Position numbers and translations under genes: made by a program | Origin: Alphaproteobacteria bacterium | GTDB lineage: Bacteria; Pseudomonadota; Alphaproteobacteria; RF32; CAG-239 | Length of the DNA: 64,000 nt | NCBI GenBank assembly: GCA_045603405.1 | Contig: JAZUMA010000032.1 | Location: 64,102 to 128,101, forward strand | Direction: 5' to 3' | Shown: one piece after another, positions 54,791 through 63,241 of the stretch | Position numbering within the stretch: the stretch's first letter is position 1 | Layout: every line of letters begins with the position of its first letter | The notes under the pieces: generated by a model | What the model saw: the letters and a program-made list of their open reading frames with translations, nothing else | What the model was told of the DNA's origin: nothing | Databases searched by the model: none

Positions 54791-56995
54791 ATGACAACAT
54801 TAAAGATAAATAACCAAATTTATCGAAATTCCGTACCTCCTGGAAGACGGAACAGTCTTTTATTGATTTATTATGATTATGTTTTTTTGGTTCAGGCATT
54901 ACAAGAAAAATATAATCGACATTCTATCCGTGAAATAGCACAAACAAGCAAAGAACAAATATTTAATGATAAACCTTCTCCTTGGCTTGTATGTTTGGCA
55001 AACGAAACGGATATTGAAAATTACAATAATTTTATGAATAAAAAAACGATAGATAGAAATAATCATAATTGTTACATCAGCCTTAATTTAACATCCACCA
55101 GCACCATCAAAACCTCGGAAGATATAATATCTGCTCCACAGGATTATGAAATATGGACGCATTATAACACATTACCACATCGTATTGAGCGGTTGACAGC
55201 AGTTGCACAAAAGGGTGAAACCATAGCAGCCACTAGATTTATTGTTGCTGGAAAATATGTTTTAACATATAATGAAAAAGATTCTTCTATAAAATTAGCT
55301 GATATAATGAATAACGAAAATTTCATAAGAAAAATAAATTATATCCTTGATTATTTAGCCAGATTACCACAAGACATAAAAAATTTAGATGAACAACAAA
55401 AAGAAAATATTGAAACAGAAGTTTTCGCAGAAATCACATTGTCATCAATAGAAAGCAGCATTTTAGATACATTATCTTTACTGACAGATGAAAGCCATAA
55501 AGCCATAAAAGACATATTAGAAAAAAGGGTAGGAGAAAGATTTTTGGCACAAGCAGAAAAAGAAGGAATAATCTCATCTGCCTCAAGTTTACAGAATTAT
55601 TTAAATATCAGACATTTATTACATCATCAATGGGATACATTAGATAATCTGGGAAGATTTAATGATAATGAAGCATTAAAAAACAAGGGACTTAGGCAAC
55701 AATTTTTAAATTCATACAGTGAGTTATGCAATAAACCATTAAAAGAACGGATTAAAGGGTATAATGAAGCAGTAAAATTCTATGCTCCACTTGTAGAAAT
55801 GTTAAATCCACAGTTATTTATTCAAAAAGAAAATGAAAGTGATACAGATTTTAACAAACGGATAGAAAAAACAGCAGCATCCTTAAAAAATAAATTAATT
55901 TATATTCAAACATATAAAAAGAAAAAGAATCAGCTGAAAAAGCTTAAAAAACAATTTCCGAATGCTAAAATTATTAATAAAACAGATAAAAGTGATTTAG
56001 ATATTCTATTAAAGAACTGTCAATATCGTCATTTTTTCTCGGAAATATACCAAAAAATAGAATATAAAGTTAATTTATATTGTCTGCTTTCAGGTAAAAA
56101 CTATACTCCTAATTTAGCGTGGAATTATATTTACCGTCATAAACTTATTCCGTCCCAAGAAAAGAATAAATGGGATGTGTATAAAGAAATACGAAACGAA
56201 CTAAGCCATCAATATATGAGTGCAGAAACAAACCAAAGACTGACAGAAATTTTTCCAGCGTTCATCAATAGTGCCATTCAATTAGAGACAAAAATTGATG
56301 CTTTATTACCTGAAGTAAAATCAAAAAGTGATGGTACATGTGTGGCTATTCATCCTGATGGCCGTATAGCAATAATTAATTTTAAAAATCAAACTGTATC
56401 ACAATCAAGTAAAAATAATATAAATAAACATGCGCCAACTATTAAATCTTTTACTGAAGAATATAATGGTGGAATAAGTATAACGACAACAGGAACCGAA
56501 ATTTCTTCTTGTAAATTAAATAACGGAATAGAAATTGATTTTGAAAAAAAACAAATCAAATATACACCTGGTGTAATTGTTTATATAAAAGGCAATCGGA
56601 GGTTTATTAAATCCGCTTTTAATGAAAAAATAATAACAGATGAGAAATTTAAAATATTAAAGTATATTATAAACAACAAAGAAATTAAGATTGGCAAAAA
56701 TGAAAATTGTCGTTTTAATCAAAACCATCAAATCAATATAAATAACCATATGCAAATTAGCGAAGAATCTTGGTCTTCACCACAAGTCGGTAAACAATAT
56801 ATAAAATATTCCGTAGAGGATAATATAGCTAAACTGCAATTTTCTGATAATACTGTATTATGGCTAGAAGAAGATGATATCAGAGTTTTTCATGAAAATA
56901 TCGAATTAACCTATGCTTTAAGGAGAACTTTTGCAGCATCTTATGTTAACGATCAAAATATAATACCGGTAAATAGTATTCAGAAAGCACGTTAA
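54791..56995 (+). CDS. large orphan protein with two HEPN-type R-x4-H motifs (tandem HEPN, putative RNase)
   Basis: The motifs are YLNIRHLLHHQWD (R274..H279, nt 55610-55627) and EIRNELSHQYMS (R468..H473, nt 56192-56209). Both sit in contexts like the NTase-substrate-binding (HI0074/DUF86-like) HEPN motif RNxxxHxY. They are flanked by an unknown N-terminal domain (about 230 aa) and an unknown beta-rich C-terminal domain (about 220 aa). The gene is very AT-rich. Confidence 0.55.
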   Translation: MTTLKINNQIYRNSVPPGRRNSLLLIYYDYVFLVQALQEKYNRHSIREIAQTSKEQIFNDKPSPWLVCLANETDIENYNNFMNKKTIDRNNHNCYISLNLTSTSTIKTSEDIISAPQDYEIWTHYNTLPHRIERLTAVAQKGETIAATRFIVAGKYVLTYNEKDSSIKLADIMNNENFIRKINYILDYLARLPQDIKNLDEQQKENIETEVFAEITLSSIESSILDTLSLLTDESHKAIKDILEKRVGERFLAQAEKEGIISSASSLQNYLNIRHLLHHQWDTLDNLGRFNDNEALKNKGLRQQFLNSYSELCNKPLKERIKGYNEAVKFYAPLVEMLNPQLFIQKENESDTDFNKRIEKTAASLKNKLIYIQTYKKKKNQLKKLKKQFPNAKIINKTDKSDLDILLKNCQYRHFFSEIYQKIEYKVNLYCLLSGKNYTPNLAWNYIYRHKLIPSQEKNKWDVYKEIRNELSHQYMSAETNQRLTEIFPAFINSAIQLETKIDALLPEVKSKSDGTCVAIHPDGRIAIINFKNQTVSQSSKNNINKHAPTIKSFTEEYNGGISITTTGTEISSCKLNNGIEIDFEKKQIKYTPGVIVYIKGNRRFIKSAFNEKIITDEKFKILKYIINNKEIKIGKNENCRFNQNHQININNHMQISEESWSSPQVGKQYIKYSVEDNIAKLQFSDNTVLWLEEDDIRVFHENIELTYALRRTFAASYVNDQNIIPVNSIQKAR

Positions 56996-57009
56996 CTTTT
57001 TATCACAAT

Positions 57010-57038
57010 CATCTATATGACGGTCATAGATTTTTTTT
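57010..57038 (+). terminator. intrinsic terminator after the tandem-HEPN gene
   Basis: catctatatgac ggtcatagat is followed by T8. Confidence 0.6.
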
Positions 57039-57060
57039 ACACATTTATACATTTTTCTTA

Positions 57061-57090
57061 TTGACATTAATAAAAATTAAATGTAATTAT
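57061..57090 (+). promoter_or_regulatory. putative promoter of the tRNA at 57109
   Basis: TTGACA (57061-57066), a 17-nt spacer, then TAATTA preceded by TG (an extended -10-like element). Confidence 0.4.
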
Positions 57091-57108
57091 CACACTCGTT
57101 ACATATAT

Positions 57109-57181
57109 GGCGGGATAGCTCAGTCGGTAGAGCAGAGGAATCATAATCCTTGTGTCGTGGGTTCGAATCCCTCTCTCGCTA
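57109..57181 (+). tRNA. tRNA with CAU anticodon (elongator Met or Ile2), CCA not encoded
   Basis: GGCGGGATAGCTCAGTCGGTAGAGCAGAGGAATCATAATCCTTGTGTCGTGGGTTCGAATCCCTCTCTCGCTA. The cloverleaf folds, with two G-U pairs in the acceptor stem and one U-U in the T stem. The next bases are tta, not cca. Confidence 0.65.
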
Positions 57182-57186
57182 TTAAG

Positions 57187-57217
57187 AAAAACAGAGCCTT
57201 ATGGGTTCTGTTTTTTG
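57187..57217 (+). terminator. intrinsic terminator after the tRNA
   Basis: aacagagcc ttat gggttctgtt is followed by a T-run. Confidence 0.65.
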
Positions 57218-57319
57218 TTTGCTGAAAAAAGCATGTGAAGAAGCACAAAATAGGCAGAATTTGCTTGTCTTTTAGCAAAAAAATGTATAGAATATATATA
57301 CTACAAAACGAAGAAATGG

Positions 57320-58174
57320 ATGTTGATTATGTTTGATTTCAAATTTGATTGGGCTCCGGATATGGAAACCGGATATAGCGATATAGATACACAACACAAA
57401 CAGCTTTTTAAAATAGGACGTGATTTGGAACAGCTGATTCGTATTCAGTGTATAGGGGTTACGGATAAACAGCTTTTAGATATTGTATGCGCACTTCGTG
57501 ATTATACCGGATATCATTTTTATGAGGAAGAACGCATAATGCAGGAAATGAATTATTCCGACACTGCGGCACACAAAAAGTTTCATAAAAAGTGTTCTGA
57601 CTATGTTATGAAACTGGATCTTCCGAAGATTAAAGCAGAACCATTGAAGCAATTGAAGCTGGTTAAAGATGAAGTACAGAACTGGATCATGGCTCATGTT
57701 TTGAGTGAAGATAAGAATATGATCATAGCGTACCGGAAATACTTGGAAGAAGCAAAAGAAAATGCTTCTAAGTCAGATGTTCAGGATGACGAAAAATATG
57801 GCCGTTTACTCAAAGAGTATGATGTGGTGAAACTTTATTTGTACAAGGATCAGACCTGTAAAGGACACCTTGTGGCAGTGTTCAAAGAATCAGCCACCGA
57901 GATGACCCGTTTATCTGCGTTGGAAAGAAACATCTTTTTTGCAGATATTGCAAAGGCAGCTAAGGTTTTGAAAAAGTGTTATGATCCGGATGCAATCTGC
58001 TATATGGATATGGGAGATATGAGAGAAGCGGGAGATAAGCTTACTTATCACATTATTCCTAAGTATAAAGAAGATGGCAATTTCGGAGTTCAGCCAACAA
58101 TTGATTACAATGCGGCATATGAGAATGCACAGCGTTTTGAGGCAATATTTGAAAAGTTGAAGGATAAGTTTTAG
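57320..58174 (+). CDS. bacteriohemerythrin domain fused to a degenerate HIT-like domain
   Basis: The N-terminal half contains DIDTQHKQLF, HFYEEERIM, AHKKFHKK and WIMAHVLSEDKNM (hemerythrin iron ligands). The C-terminal half contains CKGHLVAVFK....KLTYHIIPKY, which is HIT-like with a single His left in the triad. The true start may be the ATG at 57329. Confidence 0.65.
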   Translation: MLIMFDFKFDWAPDMETGYSDIDTQHKQLFKIGRDLEQLIRIQCIGVTDKQLLDIVCALRDYTGYHFYEEERIMQEMNYSDTAAHKKFHKKCSDYVMKLDLPKIKAEPLKQLKLVKDEVQNWIMAHVLSEDKNMIIAYRKYLEEAKENASKSDVQDDEKYGRLLKEYDVVKLYLYKDQTCKGHLVAVFKESATEMTRLSALERNIFFADIAKAAKVLKKCYDPDAICYMDMGDMREAGDKLTYHIIPKYKEDGNFGVQPTIDYNAAYENAQRFEAIFEKLKDKF

Positions 58175-58182
58175 TTGAATTT

Positions 58183-58218
58183 AAAGTTGTGCAGGGTTAA
58201 CTTGCACAACTTTTTTTT
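58183..58218 (+). terminator. intrinsic terminator
   Basis: aaagttgtgcag ggttaa cttgcacaac is followed by T8. Confidence 0.75.
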
Positions 58219-58288
58219 AAAATATAAAACCGATTTTAATTTAGATGCATCTATCCAACATAAGAAATAGAAGTTGAGGAGGATGCAT

Positions 58289-59443
58289 ATGACAATATTA
58301 ATAAAATTATTAGGATTTATAGTAGGATGTTTTACTTTATGTTCCGGAATACAGGAAGAAATCACTGGAATAGCAAAGGAGATTGTTGTTAAGACAGAGA
58401 CGCTTGAAACAAGCGGAGCAGAAACAGAAGAAGCAGAAATAGAAGAAACTGAAACAGAAGAAGCCGCGATGGAGGAACCGGAATCAGAGGAGCCGGTAGC
58501 AGAAGTGCCGGTGATGCAAGCAAAAGAGCTGCCGGAAGTGATTTATAGTGTTACCGGTATGGATGCAGTTATGCATGCAACAAAAGCTTGTAAGATTTAT
58601 GTAGAGCCATCTGGTGATTATGACGAAATGGGAAGCCTCACAAAAGAGCAGGCAATTAGGGTTACAGGTAAGACCGATAATGGTTGGTATCAGGTGGAAT
58701 TCTGCGGTAAGACAGGGTACATAAAAATAAATTTATTAAAAGAACAGGAACCAATACCTGAACCAACGCCGGCGCAAGTAACGAATTATAATGTTTCTGT
58801 AATGGATGTTGTAATGTTCTCAATTTGTGATAGTATTATTTTTAATGGTCCGGATACAGCAAGCGGTGTCATGGGAAGTTTGGTTTTAGACCAGGCAATC
58901 AGGGTTACGGGACAGACTGATACCGGTTGGTATCAGGTAGAGTTCTGTGGTAATACTGGTTACATGACGATGGACATGCTTACTGCAACTGCAAGGGTAA
59001 AGGGACGGCATGAATATTCGGAAGCAGAATTAATTCAGATGGTTCTTGCAGAATGCATCACACCGGGGATGTCTGATTGGGACAAAGCAATTGCTATCAA
59101 TAATTATTTGTGTAATTTCTGCGATTATGATTATACCTATACCTACCGTTCAACATTTGATGCTTTAACTCATGGCCATGTGGTGTGCCAGGGATATGCC
59201 AATGCTTATAAGAAATTAATGGAAGCAGCCGGAGTGAAGACAGATTATATTTCAGGAAAAGGTTGGACCGGCACAGAATGGGGAAGTCATGGTTGGAACC
59301 GTGTAACCATTGGTGGCGTGTATTATTACGTAGACGTTACATGGAATGACAGTATGAGAGGAAATTATTATTTACTTATGGATTATGATACTTTCCACTA
59401 TGACCATTATCAGCAACGCGTGAATCCGTACAGGATAGAGTAA
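58289..59443 (+). CDS. lipoprotein with two SH3b-like repeats and a transglutaminase-like cysteine peptidase core
   Basis: A GAGGAGG SD lies 6 nt before the ATG at 58289, and the lipobox is IVGC. An E-rich linker is followed by a duplicated G(K/Q)TD.GWYQVEFCG.TGY(I/M) module. The C-terminal core contains VCQGYANAYKKLM..HGWN..DVTW (Cys-His-Asp). Confidence 0.7.
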   Translation: MTILIKLLGFIVGCFTLCSGIQEEITGIAKEIVVKTETLETSGAETEEAEIEETETEEAAMEEPESEEPVAEVPVMQAKELPEVIYSVTGMDAVMHATKACKIYVEPSGDYDEMGSLTKEQAIRVTGKTDNGWYQVEFCGKTGYIKINLLKEQEPIPEPTPAQVTNYNVSVMDVVMFSICDSIIFNGPDTASGVMGSLVLDQAIRVTGQTDTGWYQVEFCGNTGYMTMDMLTATARVKGRHEYSEAELIQMVLAECITPGMSDWDKAIAINNYLCNFCDYDYTYTYRSTFDALTHGHVVCQGYANAYKKLMEAAGVKTDYISGKGWTGTEWGSHGWNRVTIGGVYYYVDVTWNDSMRGNYYLLMDYDTFHYDHYQQRVNPYRIE

Positions 59444-59452
59444 GGAGAAAAA

Positions 59453-60322
59453 ATGGATTTTGCATCATTTATACATTGCATAGAAGCAGATAATTTGAAT
59501 GTTCACGGTATTGAAGTATATAAATCAGGAAAACTGGTACATAACTATGGAGATACCGTAGAACACAGGTATCCGGTATATTCCATTACTAAAAGTATAT
59601 TGTCAATTGGAGTAGGGATTGCTTGGGATGAAGGAAGGATAGACCTCGACAAGTGTGTGTTAGATTATATGCCGATAAGCGCAGTGAATAAAATGAACCA
59701 AGAACAACAAGACCTGTACCGTAAGATTACTTTAAAGCGGTTGATGTCAATGTCAGTAAAAGGATATCCTTTTAGAGCCGAAGGAGAAAGCTGGCTTGAT
59801 TATTCGCTTGCATATCCTTTAAAAAATGTGGAAGAAAAAACGTTTGATTATAGCAATATCCCGGCATATCTTGTGGGAGTGGCATTAACGGAGGCGTTGG
59901 GTGAAGATTTGTATGGATTCCTTGAAAGAAAATTATTTGCCCCGCTTGGAATAAATAATATACCGTATTCACGTTGCCCGGACGGGTATATGTATTGTGC
60001 TTCTTCGTTGGAACTATCGGTACACGAGCTTAGCCGTATAGGACTGTTTTTAATGGCAGGGGGAGTGTATGAAGGAAAGCGGTTACTATCAAAGGAATAT
60101 TTAGAAACAGCAACAAGTGTGCAACAGATGACAAGAGAGGGCGGATATGGTTATCTTTTTACAAAATACCGTGACGGATTCAGTCTAAATGGAAAGTGGG
60201 GACAGAAATGTTATGTATTGCCCAAGGATGAACTGGTCATTTCGTTTCTTTCGGATATGCCGGATGGAAGCAATGAAATCAAGGCATATATGGAAAAGTA
60301 TATTCTTATGGATAATTTCTAA
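59453..60322 (+). CDS. beta-lactamase-family serine hydrolase
   Basis: It carries the SxxK motif in VYSITKSILS, has the size and pattern typical of class C/esterase-like proteins, and has a strong AAGGAG SD. Confidence 0.7.
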   Translation: MDFASFIHCIEADNLNVHGIEVYKSGKLVHNYGDTVEHRYPVYSITKSILSIGVGIAWDEGRIDLDKCVLDYMPISAVNKMNQEQQDLYRKITLKRLMSMSVKGYPFRAEGESWLDYSLAYPLKNVEEKTFDYSNIPAYLVGVALTEALGEDLYGFLERKLFAPLGINNIPYSRCPDGYMYCASSLELSVHELSRIGLFLMAGGVYEGKRLLSKEYLETATSVQQMTREGGYGYLFTKYRDGFSLNGKWGQKCYVLPKDELVISFLSDMPDGSNEIKAYMEKYILMDNF

Positions 60323-60413
60323 ATAGAAACGGACTTTTGGGGAAATAGTGACATTTTTTTTGTATCGTGTTACAATATAGTCCTTAATAAAAGTGTAAGT
60401 AAGGGAGACTGAA

Positions 60414-60878
60414 ATGAAAAACGGAAAAAGAATTACTTATTTGTTAGCATCGGTTATGATACTCATATGTTTGCTTTCGGGATGTGGTGATGCCGAAAAG
60501 GTTATAGATGAGACTATGGATAAACTTAATGAAGTGGTCGATAAGTATGGAGAAGAAATCAAAAACGGTATTAAGGATTATATCAAAGATGATATACAAG
60601 GTGCGATAGACGGATTACAGGGAAATGCTAATGTAAAACAGGAGATTGAAGAATATTCTCCTCTTGACGATACAAAAGCCGGTACATATGTGATCATGCT
60701 GGATGATTTGCCTGTTTATTCCGCACCGGATTATAATGCCAAGGTAGTTGATACGTATCCGGAAGGACAAGTAGTAACAGTTTCCGGGGTGTGGAAAGAA
60801 GCCGGTTTTTATGAAGTGGTAGATAATTCCGGAAATATAATAGGATATGTTGATACATTATATTGTAGTGAGCAATAA
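60414..60878 (+). CDS. small lipoprotein with a C-terminal SH3-like domain
   Basis: The lipobox is LLSGC. The C-terminal segment [39 protein letters not shown] is SH3b-like. Confidence 0.5.
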   Translation: MKNGKRITYLLASVMILICLLSGCGDAEKVIDETMDKLNEVVDKYGEEIKNGIKDYIKDDIQGAIDGLQGNANVKQEIEEYSPLDDTKAGTYVIMLDDLPVYSAPDYNAKVVDTYPEGQVVTVSGVWKEAGFYEVVDNSGNIIGYVDTLYCSEQ

Positions 60879-60919
60879 TTGGACATAATAACAAAAACGG
60901 TCTGGGATGGAGATATATT

Positions 60920-61486
60920 ATGAGAATCGGAATGGGTTATGATGTGCATAGATTGGTGGAAGGCAGAAAGTTAATCATGGGTGGTGTGGAAATACCGTAT
61001 GAGAAAGGTCTGCTGGGACATTCGGATGCGGATGTATTGTTACATGCCATTATGGATGCATTGCTGGGAGCGGCAGCCCTTGGTGATATCGGTAAGCATT
61101 TTCCTGATACGGATGAGAAGTATCGTGGGATTTCCAGTATTAAGCTTTTAAAACATGTAGGCGAACTCATAAGTGATAATTTCTTTATGATAGAAAATAT
61201 TGATGCAACGATTATAGCACAGGCACCAAAAATGCGCCCATATATTGATACTATGAGGCAGAATATTGCCGAAGCACTGGAGATTGACATATCGCAGGTA
61301 AATGTTAAAGCCACCACAGAAGAAGGGCTTGGATTTACCGGAACCGGAGAAGGAATATCAAGTCAGGCAATTTGTATGCTTAATTCGCCATTGCAGTTTG
61401 CTACGATGGAGGTTACTGAAGACAGTAGTGTATCAGGGACAAAATGCGAGGGATGTAAAGGGTGCAGTAAAGAATACAATAATTAA
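60920..61486 (+). CDS. ispF: 2-C-methyl-D-erythritol 2,4-cyclodiphosphate synthase with a ~30-aa Cys-rich C-terminal extension
   Basis: It begins [12 protein letters not shown] and contains [19 protein letters not shown] and GDIGKHFPD. The extension contains CEGCKGC. Confidence 0.9.
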   Translation: MRIGMGYDVHRLVEGRKLIMGGVEIPYEKGLLGHSDADVLLHAIMDALLGAAALGDIGKHFPDTDEKYRGISSIKLLKHVGELISDNFFMIENIDATIIAQAPKMRPYIDTMRQNIAEALEIDISQVNVKATTEEGLGFTGTGEGISSQAICMLNSPLQFATMEVTEDSSVSGTKCEGCKGCSKEYNN

Positions 61487-61495
61487 ATAATTCTG

Positions 61496-61542
61496 AACGG
61501 AGAGTTTCAGCTGAAAAGCTAGAATTTCTCCGTTATTTTTTT
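61496..61542 (+). terminator. intrinsic terminator of ispF
   Basis: aacggagag...ttctccgtt is followed by a T-run. Confidence 0.65.
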
Positions 61543-61814
61543 CTATAACAATATTGTTTTTTGACATAAGTACAGGTAAAATATAAATGTAAAAAATATA
61601 TATGAACTCATCTGTGGGAATGATATCTTGTATACATATCATTATATTTATTTTCTAACTAATACCAGTCATGTTAATTTATTTCTTCTCATTTCAGAGG
61701 ATTATCCAAATGAATAGAATTACACTAAATTTTTTGTAAGAGGTTGTTAGATATTTATTTTTTTCGTATAATTCTTACAGAGGAGTTTCATATGGCTTTT
61801 ATGAAAGGCGACTT

Positions 61815-62810
61815 ATGAAACGAAACCAGACAACGTTATCACAAGGCATTGATCTTACAACGGATAAAGAAAGATATGATGCCTGTTGCAAGAGAATTCT
61901 TGCTGAAAAAATTATTCTTGCATGGATTATGAAGCATACCATGATAGAGTATGAATCTTATGAAGTGGGTGAAATTGCAGATAAGTATATTGATGGAAAA
62001 CCGCAGATTGCAAATGTTAAAGTTATGCCTGATGCCGATAGCGTGCCTCGAATTGAAGGAGTGGGCGTAGAAGATAATACTGTTAATGAAGGAACTGTAG
62101 TTTATGATATCAGATTTCGTGCTATTGTACCCTGCACAGAAAAAAGAGTTGAATTAATTATTAATGTAGAGGCGCAGAATGATTATTATCCAGGATATCC
62201 GGTTATTAAAAGGGGAATATATTACTGTGGGCGCTTAATATCATCACAATACGGAACGGTTTTTATCAATTCTCATTATGAAAAAATACAAAAAGTGTAT
62301 TCGGTATGGATATGTACCAACCCTCCAATATCACGTCAATATACGATAACGAAGTATTCAATAAGTGAAAATAATATTGTAGGAAATGTGAAGGAAAAGG
62401 AACAGAATTATGATTTGATGACAGCAGTAGTTGTATGTCTGGGGAAAAACAGTCATAATGAGATAGAAAATAAATTATTAAGCATGTTGGATGTGTTATT
62501 ATCATCTGAATTGGATAAAGAGAAAAAGAAGGAAGTGCTTGAAAAGGATTATGGAATCCCGATGTCTGTCGAAATGGAAGGAGAGATGGAAGATATGTGT
62601 AATCTGAGCGATGGTGTTGAACGTAAAGGAATTGAAAAGGGTATTAAGATTGGGCATGCACAAGGTATAGAAGAAGGAATAGAGCAGGTTCGGCGTACAG
62701 TTGTTATTAATATGCTTCATCTTAATAAAGAAGTTGATGAGATTTGTGCTTGTGTAGGATGTGATAAGGCTTATGTAACAGGAATAAAATCCGAAATCGC
62801 TAATATTTAA
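61815..62810 (+). CDS. Rpn-family recombination-promoting nuclease / PD-(D/E)XK putative transposase
   Basis: The N-terminal nuclease core contains VYDIRF...INVEAQN (D...E.Q/K). The C-terminal repeated EKGIKIGHAQGIEEGIEQ module is typical of this family. Confidence 0.7.
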   Translation: MKRNQTTLSQGIDLTTDKERYDACCKRILAEKIILAWIMKHTMIEYESYEVGEIADKYIDGKPQIANVKVMPDADSVPRIEGVGVEDNTVNEGTVVYDIRFRAIVPCTEKRVELIINVEAQNDYYPGYPVIKRGIYYCGRLISSQYGTVFINSHYEKIQKVYSVWICTNPPISRQYTITKYSISENNIVGNVKEKEQNYDLMTAVVVCLGKNSHNEIENKLLSMLDVLLSSELDKEKKKEVLEKDYGIPMSVEMEGEMEDMCNLSDGVERKGIEKGIKIGHAQGIEEGIEQVRRTVVINMLHLNKEVDEICACVGCDKAYVTGIKSEIANI

Positions 62811-62815
62811 CAGGT

Positions 62816-62844
62816 TGACAATTTTTAATAAATTGAATATAGTA
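62816..62844 (+). promoter_or_regulatory. putative promoter of the T-box leader
   Basis: TTGACA (62816-62821), a 17-nt spacer, then TATAGT (62839-62844). Confidence 0.55.
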
Positions 62845-62850
62845 ATCCTA

Positions 62851-63134
62851 GATAAAAGCTATGAACGGAAAGAGTATATCAAAGGAAAATGACAGAGAGA
62901 GGATGTCACCGGCTGAAAGCATCCTTAATTGGAAATTGATAGAAGTGCATCCGGGAGCTGATTTTGTGAAAGGGATAATGTATCCCCAAGCAAAATACGG
63001 GTTACGTCCGTTATACGTAAAAGTTGCAAAGCTTTGTACTAAGTGTTTGTCACTATAAGTTGCAATGCTTTGAATAAGAGTGGAACCGCGGATTATTCGT
63101 CTCTTACTGTATTACAGTAAGAGACGTTTTGTTT
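62851..63134 (+). promoter_or_regulatory. T-box riboswitch leader (candidate Cys specifier UGC) with a terminator
   Basis: The T-box sequence aagagtggaaccgcgg (about 63075-63090) precedes a perfect 12-bp terminator stem cgtctcttactg/cagtaagagacg (63097-63125) and the tract ttttgtttt. AGAGAG and GAA-gTGC-A elements lie in the 5' part (TGC at 62945-62947). Downstream genes are cysE and cysS. Confidence 0.75.
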
Positions 63135-63241
63135 TATAAGAATAACTTTCGTACTTTTTGAATTGCGAGTATAAGGCAATACACAGAAAGTGATCTATCT
63201 AAGGGTATTAGGCTGAAACAAAGGGAAAAGAAGGAGCAAGT

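Noticed and set aside
54630-57110. Possible Cas13-like CRISPR locus around the tandem-HEPN gene
   Set aside because: I scanned both flanks by eye (51.6-54.8 kb and 57.0-57.3 kb) for short regularly spaced direct repeats and found none. There are no cas1/cas2-like ORFs either. The HEPN motifs resemble the HI0074/DUF86 type rather than Cas13 families.
62861-63058. 65-aa ORF upstream of the second cysE
   Set aside because: It lies entirely inside the T-box leader between the promoter and the T-box/terminator and has no SD.
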